Of a stretch of 64,000 nt of DNA, positions 1 to 12,849 are shown in pieces. The stretch spans positions 53,630,001 to 53,694,000 of the forward strand of contig OX597831.1 in the NCBI GenBank assembly GCA_951406725.2. Direction: 5' to 3'. The DNA is from Octopus vulgaris. Taxonomy: Eukaryota. Position numbers and translations under genes: made by a program. The notes beneath the pieces are model-generated. The model had not been told where the DNA came from. It did no database searches and was given only the letters and a program-made list of their open reading frames with translations. Position 1 is the first letter of the stretch. Every line of letters starts with the position of its first letter.

Positions 1-423
1 GAATTTTGGAAATAAGTGACATTCATTTACAACAATCACATGATTTTAAGACAAAGAGACACACAAACACATGCACACACATGCACAGACACACACATAC
101 ACACATGCACAGACACACACATACACACATGCATACATACATCCATATATGCACGACAAGCTTCTTTCAGTTTTCATTCATCAAGTCCACCCACAAGGCC
201 CTGTTTAGTCCAAGGCTACTGCAGAAGACCCCTGTCCAGGATGTCACACTGTGGGACTGAACCTATAAGCATATTTGTGCGCATGTGTGTGTGTGTGTGT
301 ATGTGTCTGTTTGTATGTGCGTATGTAATTACGTATGTATGTATGTATGTATGTATGTATGTATGTATGTATGTATGTATGTGGCCGAGGCCGAATACAT
401 ACATACATACATACATACATACA

Positions 424-810
424 TGAACTCGGCCAGGGCAGGCGCAAAGTCGGAGGGCAGAAGAAGCGCTACAAGGATAGTCTCGAGGTCTCTCTCAAAG
501 ACTTCTCCATCGGAACAGAGACCTGGGAGACACTTGCTGCCAACCGCTCATCCTGGCGCAGCGCAATCACCGTGGGAGCAGGGACAGCCGAGGAGGGACG
601 GATTCGGTCAGCGGAGCAGAAACGTCAGATGCGTAAAGCCAGAGCCGCCTGCACCAGTAGCACGGCCCCTACCCACTTCTGCCCCACCTGTGGGAGGGGC
701 TTCCTTGCCCGGATTGGCCTCACCAGCCACCTCAGGTCTCATGGCGGCAGTTCCATCAGATGATGTCAGTTGGTCATCTTCGAACCGAAGGACGAACATT
801 ATTATTATTA
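424..810 (+). mobile_element. RTE-clade LINE 3' fragment (ORF C-terminus with C2H2 finger, short 3' UTR, (ATT)n tail)
   Basis: Open frame ELGQGRRKVGGQKKRYKDSL...WETLAANRSSWRS...CPTCGRGFLARIGLTSHLRSH, stop at 763; GC-rich; tail gaaggacgaacattattatta; lies in (TATG)n. Confidence 0.9.
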
Positions 811-862
811 TATGTATGTATGTATGTATGCATGTATGCATGAATGTATGTATGTATATATA

Positions 863-1300
863 GGTGCAGGCATGACTGTGTGGTAAGAAGCTTTCTTCCC
901 AGCCACATGGTTCAGGGTTCAGTCCCACTGTGTGGCATGATGGGCAAATGCCTTTTGCTATAGCCTCGGGCTGACCAAAGCCTTGTGTGTGGATTTGGTA
1001 GACAGAAACTGAAGGAAGCCCATCATATATATATATGTATATGTATATGTATATATTTATGTGTGTGTGTATCTTTGTGCCTGTGTTTTTACCCCACCAC
1101 TGCTTGCCAACCAGTGTTGGTGTGTTTGCATCCCCATAACTTGGCAGTTCTGCAAAAGAGACTGATAGAATAAGTACCAGGCTTTAAAAATAAGTACTGG
1201 GGTTGATTCCTTCGGCTAAAATAAGATTCAAGGCAATGTCCCAGCATGGCCATAGTCTAATGACTGAAACAAGTAAATGATAAAAGATAAAAGATAAAAG
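863..1300 (+). mobile_element. SINE family A: tRNA-like head + CORE-like block + internal (TA)n(TG)n + tail ending (TAAAAGA)n
   Basis: A/B-box-like head gactgtgtggtaag...ggttcagtccc, gggcaaatg core variant, tail aatgactgaaacaagtaaa; many copies in the window. Confidence 0.85.
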
Positions 1301-1336
<36 letters not shown>

Positions 1337-1647
1337 TTGGAAGAAATCACAGAAAATCATAAATTTCAGAGAGAGATCATAATTTAATTACTTTCAACAG
1401 CTATTTCATTAGGAATAAACATCATTAATTCTATAATTTCATAATTACGATAAAAAAAATCAGTAAATATAAATTAATTTACATTAGATTAATGTAAATC
1501 AATGTTTATCCCAAATCGCTAGAAATATTATGGGCTAGAATAACCACAAACCATTGCTGTTCTGCATGTGCTTTTCAGCATTCTATTTTAAGTATACATT
1601 GCCCTTAAAAATCATTTTAGCTGATTATATATGTATATAAATATATA

Positions 1648-2015
1648 CTAAACTATGACCCGGCAATGCCGGGTCATAGTGCATACATATACAGCTGCGT
1701 GTGTGCGCGCACACATACACGCGAGTACTGTCCAAATCTCTGATCAATCACATACAGCTAGCTGGCATTCAATTGGCGGATCAAGTTTCGGGCATTTTGA
1801 TTGGGCTTTGGATAGAAAATGCACAAAAATGTCACTTCTATTGATTTTTTTAATGGTTTTGCAGGGTGACTGGGGAAATGTAAGGATGTGCACGACCACC
1901 CTTGGACGGTTTTCAATGACCATAGAAAGTGCGAGGCCTCTAACTGAAAAATTGTGGATTTGTATAAAGGACACACACACAGACAGACATTTTGCCATTT
2001 ATATATATATAGAGA
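1648..2015 (-). mobile_element. Non-autonomous Helitron
   Basis: Minus strand starts A|TCTCTATATATA...TGTCTGTCTGTGTG and ends with 13-bp perfect hairpin actatgacccggc-aat-gccgggtcatagt (1652-1680) then TTAG|T (CTRR variant); no TSD. Confidence 0.75.
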
Positions 2016-2194
2016 TACAAACAAACTTTTTCATCTGTATTTACAACAATGTTATAACATGTTGGAACTTAACTAACTATTAGTAATTGAGCTCATAATT
2101 TCTGTGAATATTTTTACACATCGTCTCTTTCTATATGGGTTTACACATGCACACACACACACTCAAATGAAAGAAAAATCAGCACCCAGTATAT

Positions 2195-2545
2195 ATTGTT
2201 GCTGCTGCTGAGACCCCCTTCGGTCATGACTGACCTTGGGATTGCACCTAGAAAGTTACCCTCCCAGGTACAAGTCCGGGCAAAGTTGTTTATGGAAGAC
2301 CAGCAGTTGCCCATGCATACTGGCCTCCCCTCTCCATGCCACCAGTGTTATCCAAGGGAAAGGGAAAGGCTGATACAGCTTGGCACCTGCGACGTCGCAA
2401 CACATTTCTACAGCCGAGTGAACTGGAGCAACATGAAATAAAGTGTCTTGCTCAAGAACACAACATGCAGCCCTGTCCGGGATTCAAACTGACAACCTCA
2501 CGATCATAAGCTCGGCGCTCTAACCACTGAGCCATGCACCTTCAC
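2195..2545 (-). mobile_element. SINE family B (tRNA-derived head, CORE-like tgtgttcttgagcaagacact)
   Basis: Full-length similarity to the + strand copy at 61087-61420. Confidence 0.85.
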
Positions 2546-3067
2546 CTTCATGGAGCCATGTATATATTGTAGAGTTTAAAAATTTGTATGAACAGTTTGA
2601 CCCAGAATTGAGTTTTTTTTAAAGATTCACACAAAAAGGTCACCTAGCTGTTTGGGCAAATATTACTGAGTGATGAGGTTGATACAGTTTCCAAGTAATT
2701 CTAAGTAGCATTGGTTAGTGAGAATTTCCCTGAGATTTAAAATTCTAATATAATAACATTTTTCAGTAAAAGTTTTATGGAAAGGTATTAACAGCTAATG
2801 GGTATTAACAGTTAATGGCTTAAAAACAAACTTTAGCCATTGGCTAAACTTACTGAAATTTTAAAATATGCTGGAATTTTTAATCTAGTGGGAAGGAAGG
2901 CAATGATCTGTTAGATTAATTTGCCTTAGTCACACCATATAACAAATTCTCTAATTCTACTACCAACAATTCAGTAACGGCTTCAATTTTAGTAGAGAGC
3001 CATGCAACAAGATTTAGGTGTGTGTGTGTGTGTGTGTATTTTTAGTATATGGTAAATATTGAAATAA

Positions 3068-3370
3068 TGGAGGCACATGTCCTAGTGGCTAGAGCAGTGG
3101 ACTCACAGTCGAGGGATCATAGGTTTGAATCTCAGATGGGGCGATATGTGTGTTTATGAGCGAAACACCTAAGTTCCCTGTGGCTCCAGCAGAAGGTAAT
3201 GGCAAACTTCTGCTGACTCCTTCGCCACAATTTTCACTCTTTCCTCCTGCATCTTGCAGCTCACCTGTGATGGACCGGCGTCCCATCCAGTGGGGAACCT
3301 ATAAGCCAAGGAAACTGGGAAACCAGCCCTATGAGCCAGGCATGGCTCAAAAAGGAACAAACAACAACAA
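3068..3370 (+). mobile_element. tRNA-derived SINE (family B-related head) with (ACA)n tail
   Basis: ggaggcacatgtcctagtggctagagcagtggactc head; similar to 30940-31242 and 54120-54422. Confidence 0.75.
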
Positions 3371-4256
3371 ATATTGAAATAGGGCTCTACTAAAAATTAA
3401 GATAAAGCTCATATAAACATAATTTCTTGAAATAAAGGCCTCTGGTTAAATGACTGTTTATGACATTTGTGAAGTTTTTAAAATGGTAGAATCATAAGAG
3501 CATCAGACAGAATACCTTGAAGTATTGGTTGTGACATTTTGCACTCTGAGCTCAAATCCTGCTAAGGTCAACATTGTCATTTATCTTTGATAAATAAACT
3601 ACCAGTACTTGGGAATTAAATTTAGTTGTCAGACAGCATCATGGAATTCACAAATCTATTTATAAGATACTTTCTTGTATGACAGATATCATTGCTAATG
3701 GAACAAGCAGTACACCCTTTTTAAATAAACATATACAGCCTTGCTGTGAATAATAAACACAACACATAAATGTGGTGAAATCACAGAATTTATCTTTTTA
3801 TAGACAGAGAAATGGGTTGACCATGTGGATTGAGAATTTCTCAGCATTCCCAACATGTCCCCATTCTTCTGTCATTCGTGGCATTTTTAAGCTCTTGGAC
3901 AGTGCTTTCAGTGTCTTCTAGCAATTAGTGGATTAAGGTTATTTTTTTCGCTGGTCAACCTCTTTACTGTTTACCATGAGAAGGTTACTAGAAAAGAATT
4001 TCAGCTACTAGCTCTTTCTTGTTATGCCAGCAATGACCAGTAAATCTGATCCCATGCTTTCATATTGTATCCGTGACTTATGACTTATATATGGAATGTC
4101 CTAGAGTAGCTCTTGGTTAGTCATCTATTGACACCATGTGATATTTAGAATAGTGCAGAGTATTCTGAGATAGTTTTAGTTTTGTTTAACCTTCATCCAT
4201 TGAAAGAATATCAATCATCTGTCAATAGAGAAATTAACAGCTTATAGTGTATACAA

Positions 4257-4500
4257 ACCAACCTACTTAACTGACACCTAACTTGTGTACAGAATGAGAC
4301 AAATGGGTGCATTGTTTGGACTGCGATGGTTTAGCATGACTTACTGGACGTTCAACCTGCTTTGGTGACAGTATTTTTGGTGTTGGAGGCAAAAAAAAAA
4401 AAACACACACACACACATACATGCACTCACACATGCGCGCGCACACACATGCGTGCGCGCACACACATTCGCGCGCGCGCACACACACACACACACACAA
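4257..4500. repeat. ~135-bp segment plus (CA)n, duplicated at 6415-6607
   Basis: cttgtgtacagaatgagacaaatgggtgca...tggaggcaaaa occurs twice in direct orientation. Confidence 0.85.
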
Positions 4501-5686
4501 ATATGCACATACAGATATAAAAAATGAGTGAAATACAGAGACATTATAATTTATTAATCAGACAAGATTGACAAACACTTTCCCTCTCCTCAGACATAGT
4601 AAAAGAAATATGCTCACACACATAAAAAGAGAAAGAGAGAGAGAGAAAGAGGGAAAGAGAGGGAGAGAGAGAGAGAGTGAGAGAGATTAAAACAAGAGAA
4701 ACATAAAAGTGTTTGTTGTTAAATAAGTCAGTGTTGAATCAGTGGCGCCAAACAGGTGGCACCAAAACAACTGTAACAAACCATTTTGTACTCATTTGTG
4801 TTTACTATAAATAATTATAAGCTACCAATCTTTCTACAAATAGAAGCCTGGTAATCTTTTTATTCTGAAAGTCTAACAAAACCAGAAAACAGGTTAGATT
4901 GATCCTCTTTTTTCTGCCCAAAGAATCTTAAAATCTGTGTTGCAACCACATTGTTTATATTTTACAACAAAGCGAAAATTGTATGTTTATCAAAAAAAAA
5001 GGAAAAGGTACACTTTACATTTCAAATAAATATTTACCCCTCTTCTGGTTTTTTTCCTGTTTCATATAAAATAATAAAAATAAGAATAGATATTTAAATA
5101 AGTAGATTATGCATGTATGTGTATATTTATGCATGTATATGTGAATGTTATATATATATGTACATATGTGTGTATATATAGCTGTGTAAGTGTATGTATG
5201 TATATATATATATATATATATATGTGTATGTATATATGTGTAGTATATATATATATGTGTGTGTGTATGTATGTAAGTGTGTGTATATGGGTATATATAT
5301 ATATGTGTGTGTGTGTGTGTATACATACATTCATATGCACATGTATATCTATGAATATATACATATATGTAGCAGAATGTTACAGTTTCATTAAAGGAAC
5401 AACTATATTGCATTTGAAGTTCCGTGTTCAACTTTATTATTATTTCGTATAAGTTTATTGGCTTCCACAGATAATTGAAAAATACAAAACCAATATCATT
5501 CTTGTAGTTTCAACAATGCATACAACCATGTGTTCATTTTCAGGGAATTTATTAAATACGACAAAATTATTATTATTAGCACTATATTTGTCATAGTGAG
5601 TTGTATTTAGATGCAGAACCTATGTACCTTCATACTTACATAACAATCTAGCTGAACTTGCTCTAAGCCAGTTTTTCTAACTATCC

Positions 5687-5746
<60 letters not shown>

Positions 5747-5846
5747 GTCTGTCTGTCTGTCTGTCCATCTGTCCGTCCGTCCATCCATCCATCCATCCAA
5801 AAACCCACCCAACCACCCACCTACCTACCTATCTATCCATCTATCC

Positions 5847-5893
<47 letters not shown>

Positions 5894-5905
5894 AATCTGT
5901 CTATC
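5687..5905. repeat. Compound tetranucleotide microsatellite (TCTA/TCTG/TCCA)n
   Basis: Directly visible. Confidence 0.95.
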
Positions 5906-6578
5906 ATTTTGCTAGAGTGAGACATCTCTGGTGCTGGTGAATAAGCAAAGAGAGACAAATTAGGGAGAGCTGCCTCTTTAGTCTTGTCAGAAGCAGGACA
6001 ACCCCCACTTTAGATGTCCATGGCACATTTAAATTACCTTTCAAATAAAATGGGAGAAGGTTGCCTTCAATCCACTTTCCCACTGGTTACAAATTGAAGA
6101 AGGATACTAAGTGCAGCTGTCTTCCAAACTTCAGGTCGTACATCACCAAGGCAATCTGCCTTCTAGTTTTGAGTCCTTTTCAATACATCAGTGACTTTAT
6201 ATAATATGAAATCCTGAAGTCTGGTGTCTATATCATATTTAAGTTCAAGCCTGACTGAGTGATAAAGAAGCTTGCTTCCGAACGACATGTATTTGAGTTC
6301 AGTCCCACTGTATGGCAACTTTGGTAAGTGTCTTCTACTATAACTCCGAGTTGATCAAAGCCTTCAGAGTGGGTTTCATGAACAAAAACTGAAAGAAGCT
6401 CCTACACACTCATCAACCTGCTTAACTAAGACCTAGCTTGTGTACAGAATGAGACAAATGGGTGCAGCTGTTTGGACTGCGATGGTTTGGCATGGCTTAC
6501 TAGATGTTCAACCTGCTTTGGTGACAGTATTTTTTGGTGCTGGAGGCAAAACACACACACACACATACATGCACTCAT

Positions 6579-6609
<31 letters not shown>

Positions 6610-8286
6610 GTGAGCTGACACCATCAGTTTTGAAAGTTTTTTTTGTTTAGAAACAAAATAATGTCATTTGATGTATTTAAAGATTGAATCTAGGATTTAG
6701 TAGACATGCCTTGTGCAGTTTTCTACGAATGAACCTATGTGGGCAGAGATTGTACTGATAAAATAGTAGAATGAGGGATATCAGTTTATTTGCCTCTGTG
6801 TGTTTGTGTGAGTTTGTGTGTGTGAGTGTGTGTGTGTGGGTGTGTGTGTGTGTGCATGTGTGTGAGTGTTTGTGCATGTTTGTGTCTCCTTGTTTTGACA
6901 TTCTGTGGTAGCTGTAAATGAGTGCCACTGTTGTACATATTCTGTGTAAACATGTCTGGCCGTGGGAAAACATCTTGCTCAGAAATAGGTGAGGGTTGAT
7001 GACAGGAAGGGCACCCAGCAGTAGAAAATCTGCCTGTGAACATCAAAACAATGATGATTGTGATGATGATGATAACAACGACTACAACACCGATAATGAC
7101 GCTGAGAAGAAAGAAGAGGAGGAGGAAGCGAAAGAGGAGGAGGATGGCTCCATTTGAAACTGGTGGTGGTGGTGGGGGGTTACAAAGACGACTTATGGCT
7201 TTTAGTAACAACTTATTCATATGTTTTCCAATCTGATTTTAATGCCAATTTCCTATGTCAGGAAGGAAGGTTTGTTTACTGCAGCATGTGCAGTTCAAAT
7301 ATATTTGGTCTCAATATATTTCTGTCATTTGATTTCATGAATGTAATTTTGAATTTAGTTTTATTTGTTTGAGAAAGGTTTGGTCAACTTCAAATGAGCA
7401 GAAACCTAACCTTCAATTGATTCCACTTCACAGTAATTGCCCAAGACTCTCATAGGACTCTACATTTGGCTTTAGTCCCTGATGGAAAGGTATTCTTTGG
7501 GAAACATGTTGATGTAAAAGCTAATGAAATTGTTATATGTTGCATTGGAGAGTTGGTTCCTGTTTCTGCCAGCAAAACTTTGGACTTATATTTGATTAAG
7601 ATGACGTATTATTAACAAACTTTCTTTGTTTTTAAGTGTAGAACAGTTATTTTCTCCTATTTTTTACTTTTTTCAGTCATTGGACTGCAGCTATTCTGGG
7701 TGCCACCTTGAAAGTTTTACTTGAATAAATTAACCACAGTATGGTATATTTAAAGTATGGTGCTTATTCTATCAGTCTCCTTTGCCAAACCACTAAGTTA
7801 CAAGGATGTAAACAAACCAACACTGGTTGTCAAGTGGTGGAAAGAGACGAACACACACGCATGTACATTTATATACGATGACCTTCCACATAGTGTCTTT
7901 CAACCATATTCACTTGCAAGGCATCGAATGGCTTAGAACTATAGTAGAAGACACCCACCCAAAGTGCCCTGCAATGGGACAGAACCTGAGACCACGTGAT
8001 TGCAAAGCAAGTTCTTTACCAACACAGTAAAGCTTGTTCAAATTCTGGCAGATGGTATACAATAATCACAACTAGTACCTTTAAATGAACCACATGCTTC
8101 TCAATTTAGCATGCTGTTTTCCACAATTTTATTTATGAGTGTGTAGATGAATTGAGCCGCTATAGTGTTAAAATAGGTTTATACAATGTGGGCCATAAGT
8201 TCAATACACCCCAGAATTGTCAATGACATGCTTCAATTTTTTTAAAATTGAATAAAATAAATAAAATAATGATGAATATACATATA

Positions 8287-8670
8287 CGCAGGAATGGCTG
8301 TGTGGTAAGTAGCTTGCTTACGAACCACATGGTTCCAGGTTCAGTCCCACTGCGTGCCACCTCGGGCAAGTGTCTTCTACTATAGCCTCAGGCTGACCAA
8401 AGCCTTGTGAGTGGATTTTGTAGACGGAAACCGAAAAAAAGCCCCTCGTATATATGTATATATATATGTGCGTGTGTGTGTTTCTGTGTCTATGTTTGTC
8501 TCCCCAACATCGCTTGACAACCGATGCTGGTGTGTTTACGTCCCTGTAACTTAGCAGTTTGGCAAAAGAGAACAATAGAATAAGTCCTGGGGTCGATTTG
8601 CTCGACTAAAGGCAGTGTTCCAGCATGGACACAGTCAAATAACTGAAACAAGTAAAAGAGTAAAGAGTAT
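8287..8670 (+). mobile_element. SINE family A, near full length
   Basis: Head, CORE-like block, internal microsatellite and tail all present. Confidence 0.9.
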
Positions 8671-8739
8671 ACTTGTACATGATGAAGAAAATGAATGGGA
8701 ATAATGATAGTAATAACATAATATAAATAAAATGAATAA

Positions 8740-9140
8740 TAATCGTTTCTACTATAGGCACAAGGCCTGAAATGTTTCAGGATGAGTACAGTCGATTATA
8801 TCAATGCCAGTACTCAACGGTCCCTTATTTTAGTGACCTTGGCAAAATTTGAACTCAGAGCATAAATATGGACAAAATGTCACAAAGCATTTTGCCTGGC
8901 ATGCTAATGATTCATGATAATGATAATAATCCTTTCTACTATAGGCACAAGGCCTGAAATTTGAGGGGATGGGCAAGTCAATTACATTGCTCCCAATGTG
9001 TAACTAATGCTTATTATATTGACCCTGAAAGGATGAAAGGCAAAGTCAACCTCAACGGAATTTGAACTCAGCATGTAAAGACAGACAAAATGCTACTAAG
9101 CATTTTGACTGGTGCACTACCAATTCAGCCAGCTCACTGT
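8740..9140 (-). mobile_element. Two tandem Meta-like SINE copies with (ATT)n tail
   Basis: Minus strand gttgactttgcctttcatcctttcagggtc core; tail aggccttgtgcctatagtagaaa. Confidence 0.7.
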
Positions 9141-9149
9141 CTTCCTGTC

Positions 9150-9340
9150 TCACTCTTTTACTTGTTTCAGTCTGCATGACTGCGGCCATGCAGGAGCACC
9201 GCCTTTAGTCGAATCAAATCGACTCCAAGACTTATTCTTTGCAAGACTAGTATGTATTCTATGGGTCTATCAGGGACCTAAACACACCAGCATTGGTTGT
9301 CAAGCGATGTTGGGGAGACAAACACAGATACACAACATAT

Positions 9341-9371
<31 letters not shown>

Positions 9372-9507
9372 CGGCGGGCTTCTTTCAGTTTCCATCTACC
9401 AAATCCACTCACAAGAAGACAGTTGCCCAAGGTGCCATGCAGTGGGACTGAACCTGGAACCATGTGGTTCATAAGCAAGCTACTTACCACACAGCCACTC
9501 CTGCGCC
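9150..9507 (-). mobile_element. SINE family A
   Basis: Reverse-complement similarity to 8287-8670 with internal deletions. Confidence 0.85.
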
Positions 9508-9599
9508 TAATAATTATAATAATAAAACATAATATAAATAAAATGTCAAGTGTTTTGGCCTGTAACTTTGGCTTGTCTTGTACATCCAGAGTTTAGAAT

Positions 9600-10140
9600 A
9601 TATTTCGAATTTTGGTATTTAGTAACAGTGGTTGTTTTCTGGTGATGGAATATAACCTGCTGACTGTTTCAGTTGTTTCAATAGTGGAAGGTGAATTTGT
9701 GATCATTATCTTAGCCTGTTTGTTAATTCATTTCTCCAATAATGGTTATGACATGGTATCTTAGGACTTGTTGAAAAAATAAAATTGATTAGTGTGTAGC
9801 ATTTTTGGGGTGCTGGGGTTGAATGTCAGTATTGTGACGGTCATTCTAGGGAGAAACCCTCTCCAAGCTTTAGAGGTTCTAGTGTGCAAGGGGTGAAGAA
9901 CATTCTTATCTCTCCAATTATTGAGTTTGTTGAATTTTTAACTCTGCTGAATCTGGTATTTAAGTCCAACATCTTCGCACCATGTAGCATTTTAGATCTA
10001 ATTCCTCATGGCAATAGCAATGTTCTTGAATGCATATGATATGTTAAAGTGGATGTTGATACTTATAATTCATTTGATTTGTTAGTGGAATTTAAAGTTC
10101 ACACACTTCAATTGACAAGCCTAAAGAACTATAAGGCTCC
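9600..10140 (-). pseudogene. Possible highly decayed non-LTR reverse transcriptase fragment
   Basis: Minus-strand remnants ISYAFKNIAI and TWCEDVGLK resemble YADD and the downstream W..GL motif; many stops. Confidence 0.3.
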
Positions 10141-10369
10141 TTTGTATGCTTGTGAAATTGCATTGCATTTACAGAAAAAAATGTAAAAATGTAAAATAAA
10201 AGCACAGGGATTGTTCTTGATGTACTCTATGTCACTGGAAATAATCACAAGATCTTAAGAGGAGGTTCTTCTGTGCCATTATGAAATCAGTGCTTTATAA
10301 AATCAGTGCTATTGAATATATGTGTGTGTGTGCTGTATATATGTATGTGTATGTATGTATGTATGTATG

Positions 10370-10415
<46 letters not shown>

Positions 10416-10424
10416 CAGTATTCT

Positions 10425-10865
10425 TTTTTTCTTTTACTTCTTTCAGTCCTTCTGACTGTGGCCATGCTGGAGCACCACCTTTAGTCAAGCAAATCAATGC
10501 CAGGACTTATTCTTTGTGAGCCTAGTACTTATTTGCTGAATCACTAAGTTACAGGGATGTAAGCACACCAACATTGGTTGTCAAGTGATAATGGGGGCGG
10601 AGACAAAACACAGACACACAAATGTATACACACACACACAAACACACATACACACACACATAGGCACACACACACACACACACACACGCACACATGTATA
10701 TACATATACACAACGGGTTTCTTTCAGTTTCCGTCAACCGAATCCACTCACAAGGCTTTGGTCGGCGTGAGGCTATAGTAGAGGACACTTGCTCAAGGTG
10801 CCATGTAGTGAGACTGAACCCAGAACCATGTGGTTGGGAAGCAAGCTTCTTCCCACATAGCCACA
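10425..10865 (-). mobile_element. SINE family A
   Basis: Tail, (CA)n and head in reverse orientation. Confidence 0.85.
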
Positions 10866-10909
10866 AAAGAGAATCATGCTCCAAGTTATAGAGCAGCAGA
10901 GTATTTAGA

Positions 10910-11079
10910 GAAAGATAGCTATGGCTGGTTCATAGGGTTACCCAGGGTTTTGCATAAAGAACTGGGCTTTACATGTGTCTCATCAGACCCTAATGGCCAG
11001 TGGCAAGACATATGTAAGGCTAAGCACTTTATGGATGCGAAACCCTGTGTAACCCTATGAACAGGGCATAGCTATCTTT

Positions 11080-11080
<1 letters not shown>
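10910..11080 (+). other. 171-nt imperfect foldback hairpin
   Basis: gaaagatagctatg/catagctatctttc, gttcatagggttac/gtaaccctatgaac, cagggttt/aaaccctg and ggctttacatgtgtct/agacatatgtaaggct nested collinearly. Confidence 0.9.
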
Positions 11081-11139
<59 letters not shown>

Positions 11140-11188
11140 AAACAAGTAAAAAATAGAAAATGCTAAAATAATTTTATAGTGAACATTT

Positions 11189-11226
11189 CAGTACCGGTTT
11201 CGGTCATTTTCAGACCTTTTCAACTG
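11189..11226 (-). ncRNA. Minimal type-I hammerhead motif, U3-A8 core (inverted pLTR copy)
   Basis: Reverse complement of 12850-12887. Confidence 0.7.
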
Positions 11227-11421
11227 TAACGATTAAATAATTAAATTTAGAAAAATTAGAAGAAAAGTTTTTTTAAAAGAATATTTCTATAGTAGTGTTC
11301 AGATTTAAGTGGCATTCTGCCTTTCTCTGACTCCCTTGTTTGCACTTGTGTGTTCGAGGTAGTTGTGAGTTCTTGGTAGGGTAGTAGAGGGAAGGCTGGT
11401 GAGGAAAGGGGGGTGGGAGAA

Positions 11422-12123
11422 GTGCATTCAACGTGCCCTTCAACTTAACATCAAGGAACTGAGACATCCCAAATCAAAGAAAAACTTACAACCAAAAGCC
11501 TTACCATACATCTCCACACACAACCCTCTCAATAACGAAGCCTTCGACACCATCCTCCACAACATACCCCTCCTAAAAAAAGACCACAGAATGAACACAA
11601 TCCTCCAAACACACACGATCATAAAAAGCAAAAGACAGCCTAGATCCATGAAAAGTCTCCTTACACAAGCCCGAATTCACTCTTCAACACAGAAGCCGAC
11701 AGTAAAAAAATGTGGAAGACCCAATTGCGGGATATGCGACTATCTAATCGAGGGTTCTGAGTTCTCCTTCAAACAGGGACAACGGTTTACAGTGAAAAGC
11801 AACTTCACATGTGCTTCGGAGAACCTAATATACTCACTAACCTGCTCCGGGTGTCAAGAGCAGTACATAGGCCAAACAAAAAATGGTTTGCGTAAACGAA
11901 TGGCCCTGCACAGATCCCAGATAAAAATTCCCCAAAACAGAAAAATATAAATAGCTTTTAGCCAACACATAGATACTTGCGCCAACAAAAAAACACCAAA
12001 CTTCAGAATTTCCCCCTCTACCAATTTAGGGACGATACAACCTGGAGACAACGAATAAGTAAAGAAAATCTCTTTATTACAAAATACAAGCCACTTCTTA
12101 ACGAGTCTACGACAAACAATTAA
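11422..12123 (+). pseudogene. PLE RT thumb/Cys-linker plus GIY-YIG endonuclease, disrupted
   Basis: KKCGRPNCGIC linker, NLIYSLTCSGCQEQYIGQT, RMALH; stop at 11948 (apparent 6-nt insertion), then AFSQHIDTC and, after a frameshift, PLYQF...RISKENLFITKYKPLLN. Confidence 0.9.
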
Positions 12124-12249
12124 TATACCTCAACTTTAGAATAAAAGAAAAAAATATATATACACACACAAATACTACACTCCATAGAATCCATTACTAT
12201 TCAGCCCCTTCATAGCTATATTTACACCCATTCATATTCTCCCTTCTCT

Positions 12250-12500
12250 GTTTTTTTTCTTCTTCTTCTTCCTCTTCTTCTTCATCATCATCATTATCAT
12301 CATCATCGGCGTCATCATCATCACCACCATCATCACCACCATCTTCTCCTTCTCCTCCTTCTTCTTCTTCTTCTTCTTCTTCTTCTTCATCATCATCATT
12401 ATCATCATCATCGTCGTCATAATCATCACCACCATCACCATCATCGTCATCTTCTCCTTCTCCTTCTCCTTCTTCTTCTTCTTCTTCTTCTTCTTCTCCA
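12250..12500. repeat. (TTC)n/(ATC)n compound repeat, ~105-bp unit duplicated, within PLE1 3' UTR
   Basis: Directly visible. Confidence 0.9.
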
Positions 12501-12849
12501 CCCCCTACCCCTTAAGTTTGTCACTAATGTTTTTTAGTATAACACCTACACTAATTCTATAGACAAGCCTGTCAATATAAATATTCTCCTGAATTGAACT
12601 GAGACTGCCAGCCGCCACTGACCATTCAAAATACGACCATCAGGGCACTCCCAGATTCTCCCACCCCCTTTCCTCACCAGCCTTCCCTCTACTACCCTAC
12701 CAAGAACTCACAACTACCTCGAACACACAAGTGCAAACAAGGGAGTCAGAGAAAGGCAGAATGCCACTTAAATCTGAACACTACTATAGAAATATTCTTT
12801 TAAAAAAACTTTTCCTCTAATTTTTCTAAATTTAATTATTTAATCGTTA

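Noticed and set aside
3880-4230. Scattered complementary blocks (tctattgaca/tgtcaataga, tagtggattaaggtta/taaccttcatccattg)
   Set aside because: Mutually crossing and near chance expectation for AT-rich DNA; a shuffle test is needed before any claim.
10980-10986. Minus-strand CUGAUGA at the loop of the long foldback
   Set aside because: No GAAA at the required position opposite stem II; not a hammerhead.
11399-11950. Selenocysteine recoding or intact protein for the PLE1 ORF
   Set aside because: The stop is TAA, cysteines use TGY codons, and the predicted start lies in the inverted pLTR.
12232-12501. Poly-K/M ORF
   Set aside because: Antisense translation of the (TTC)n/(ATC)n repeat.
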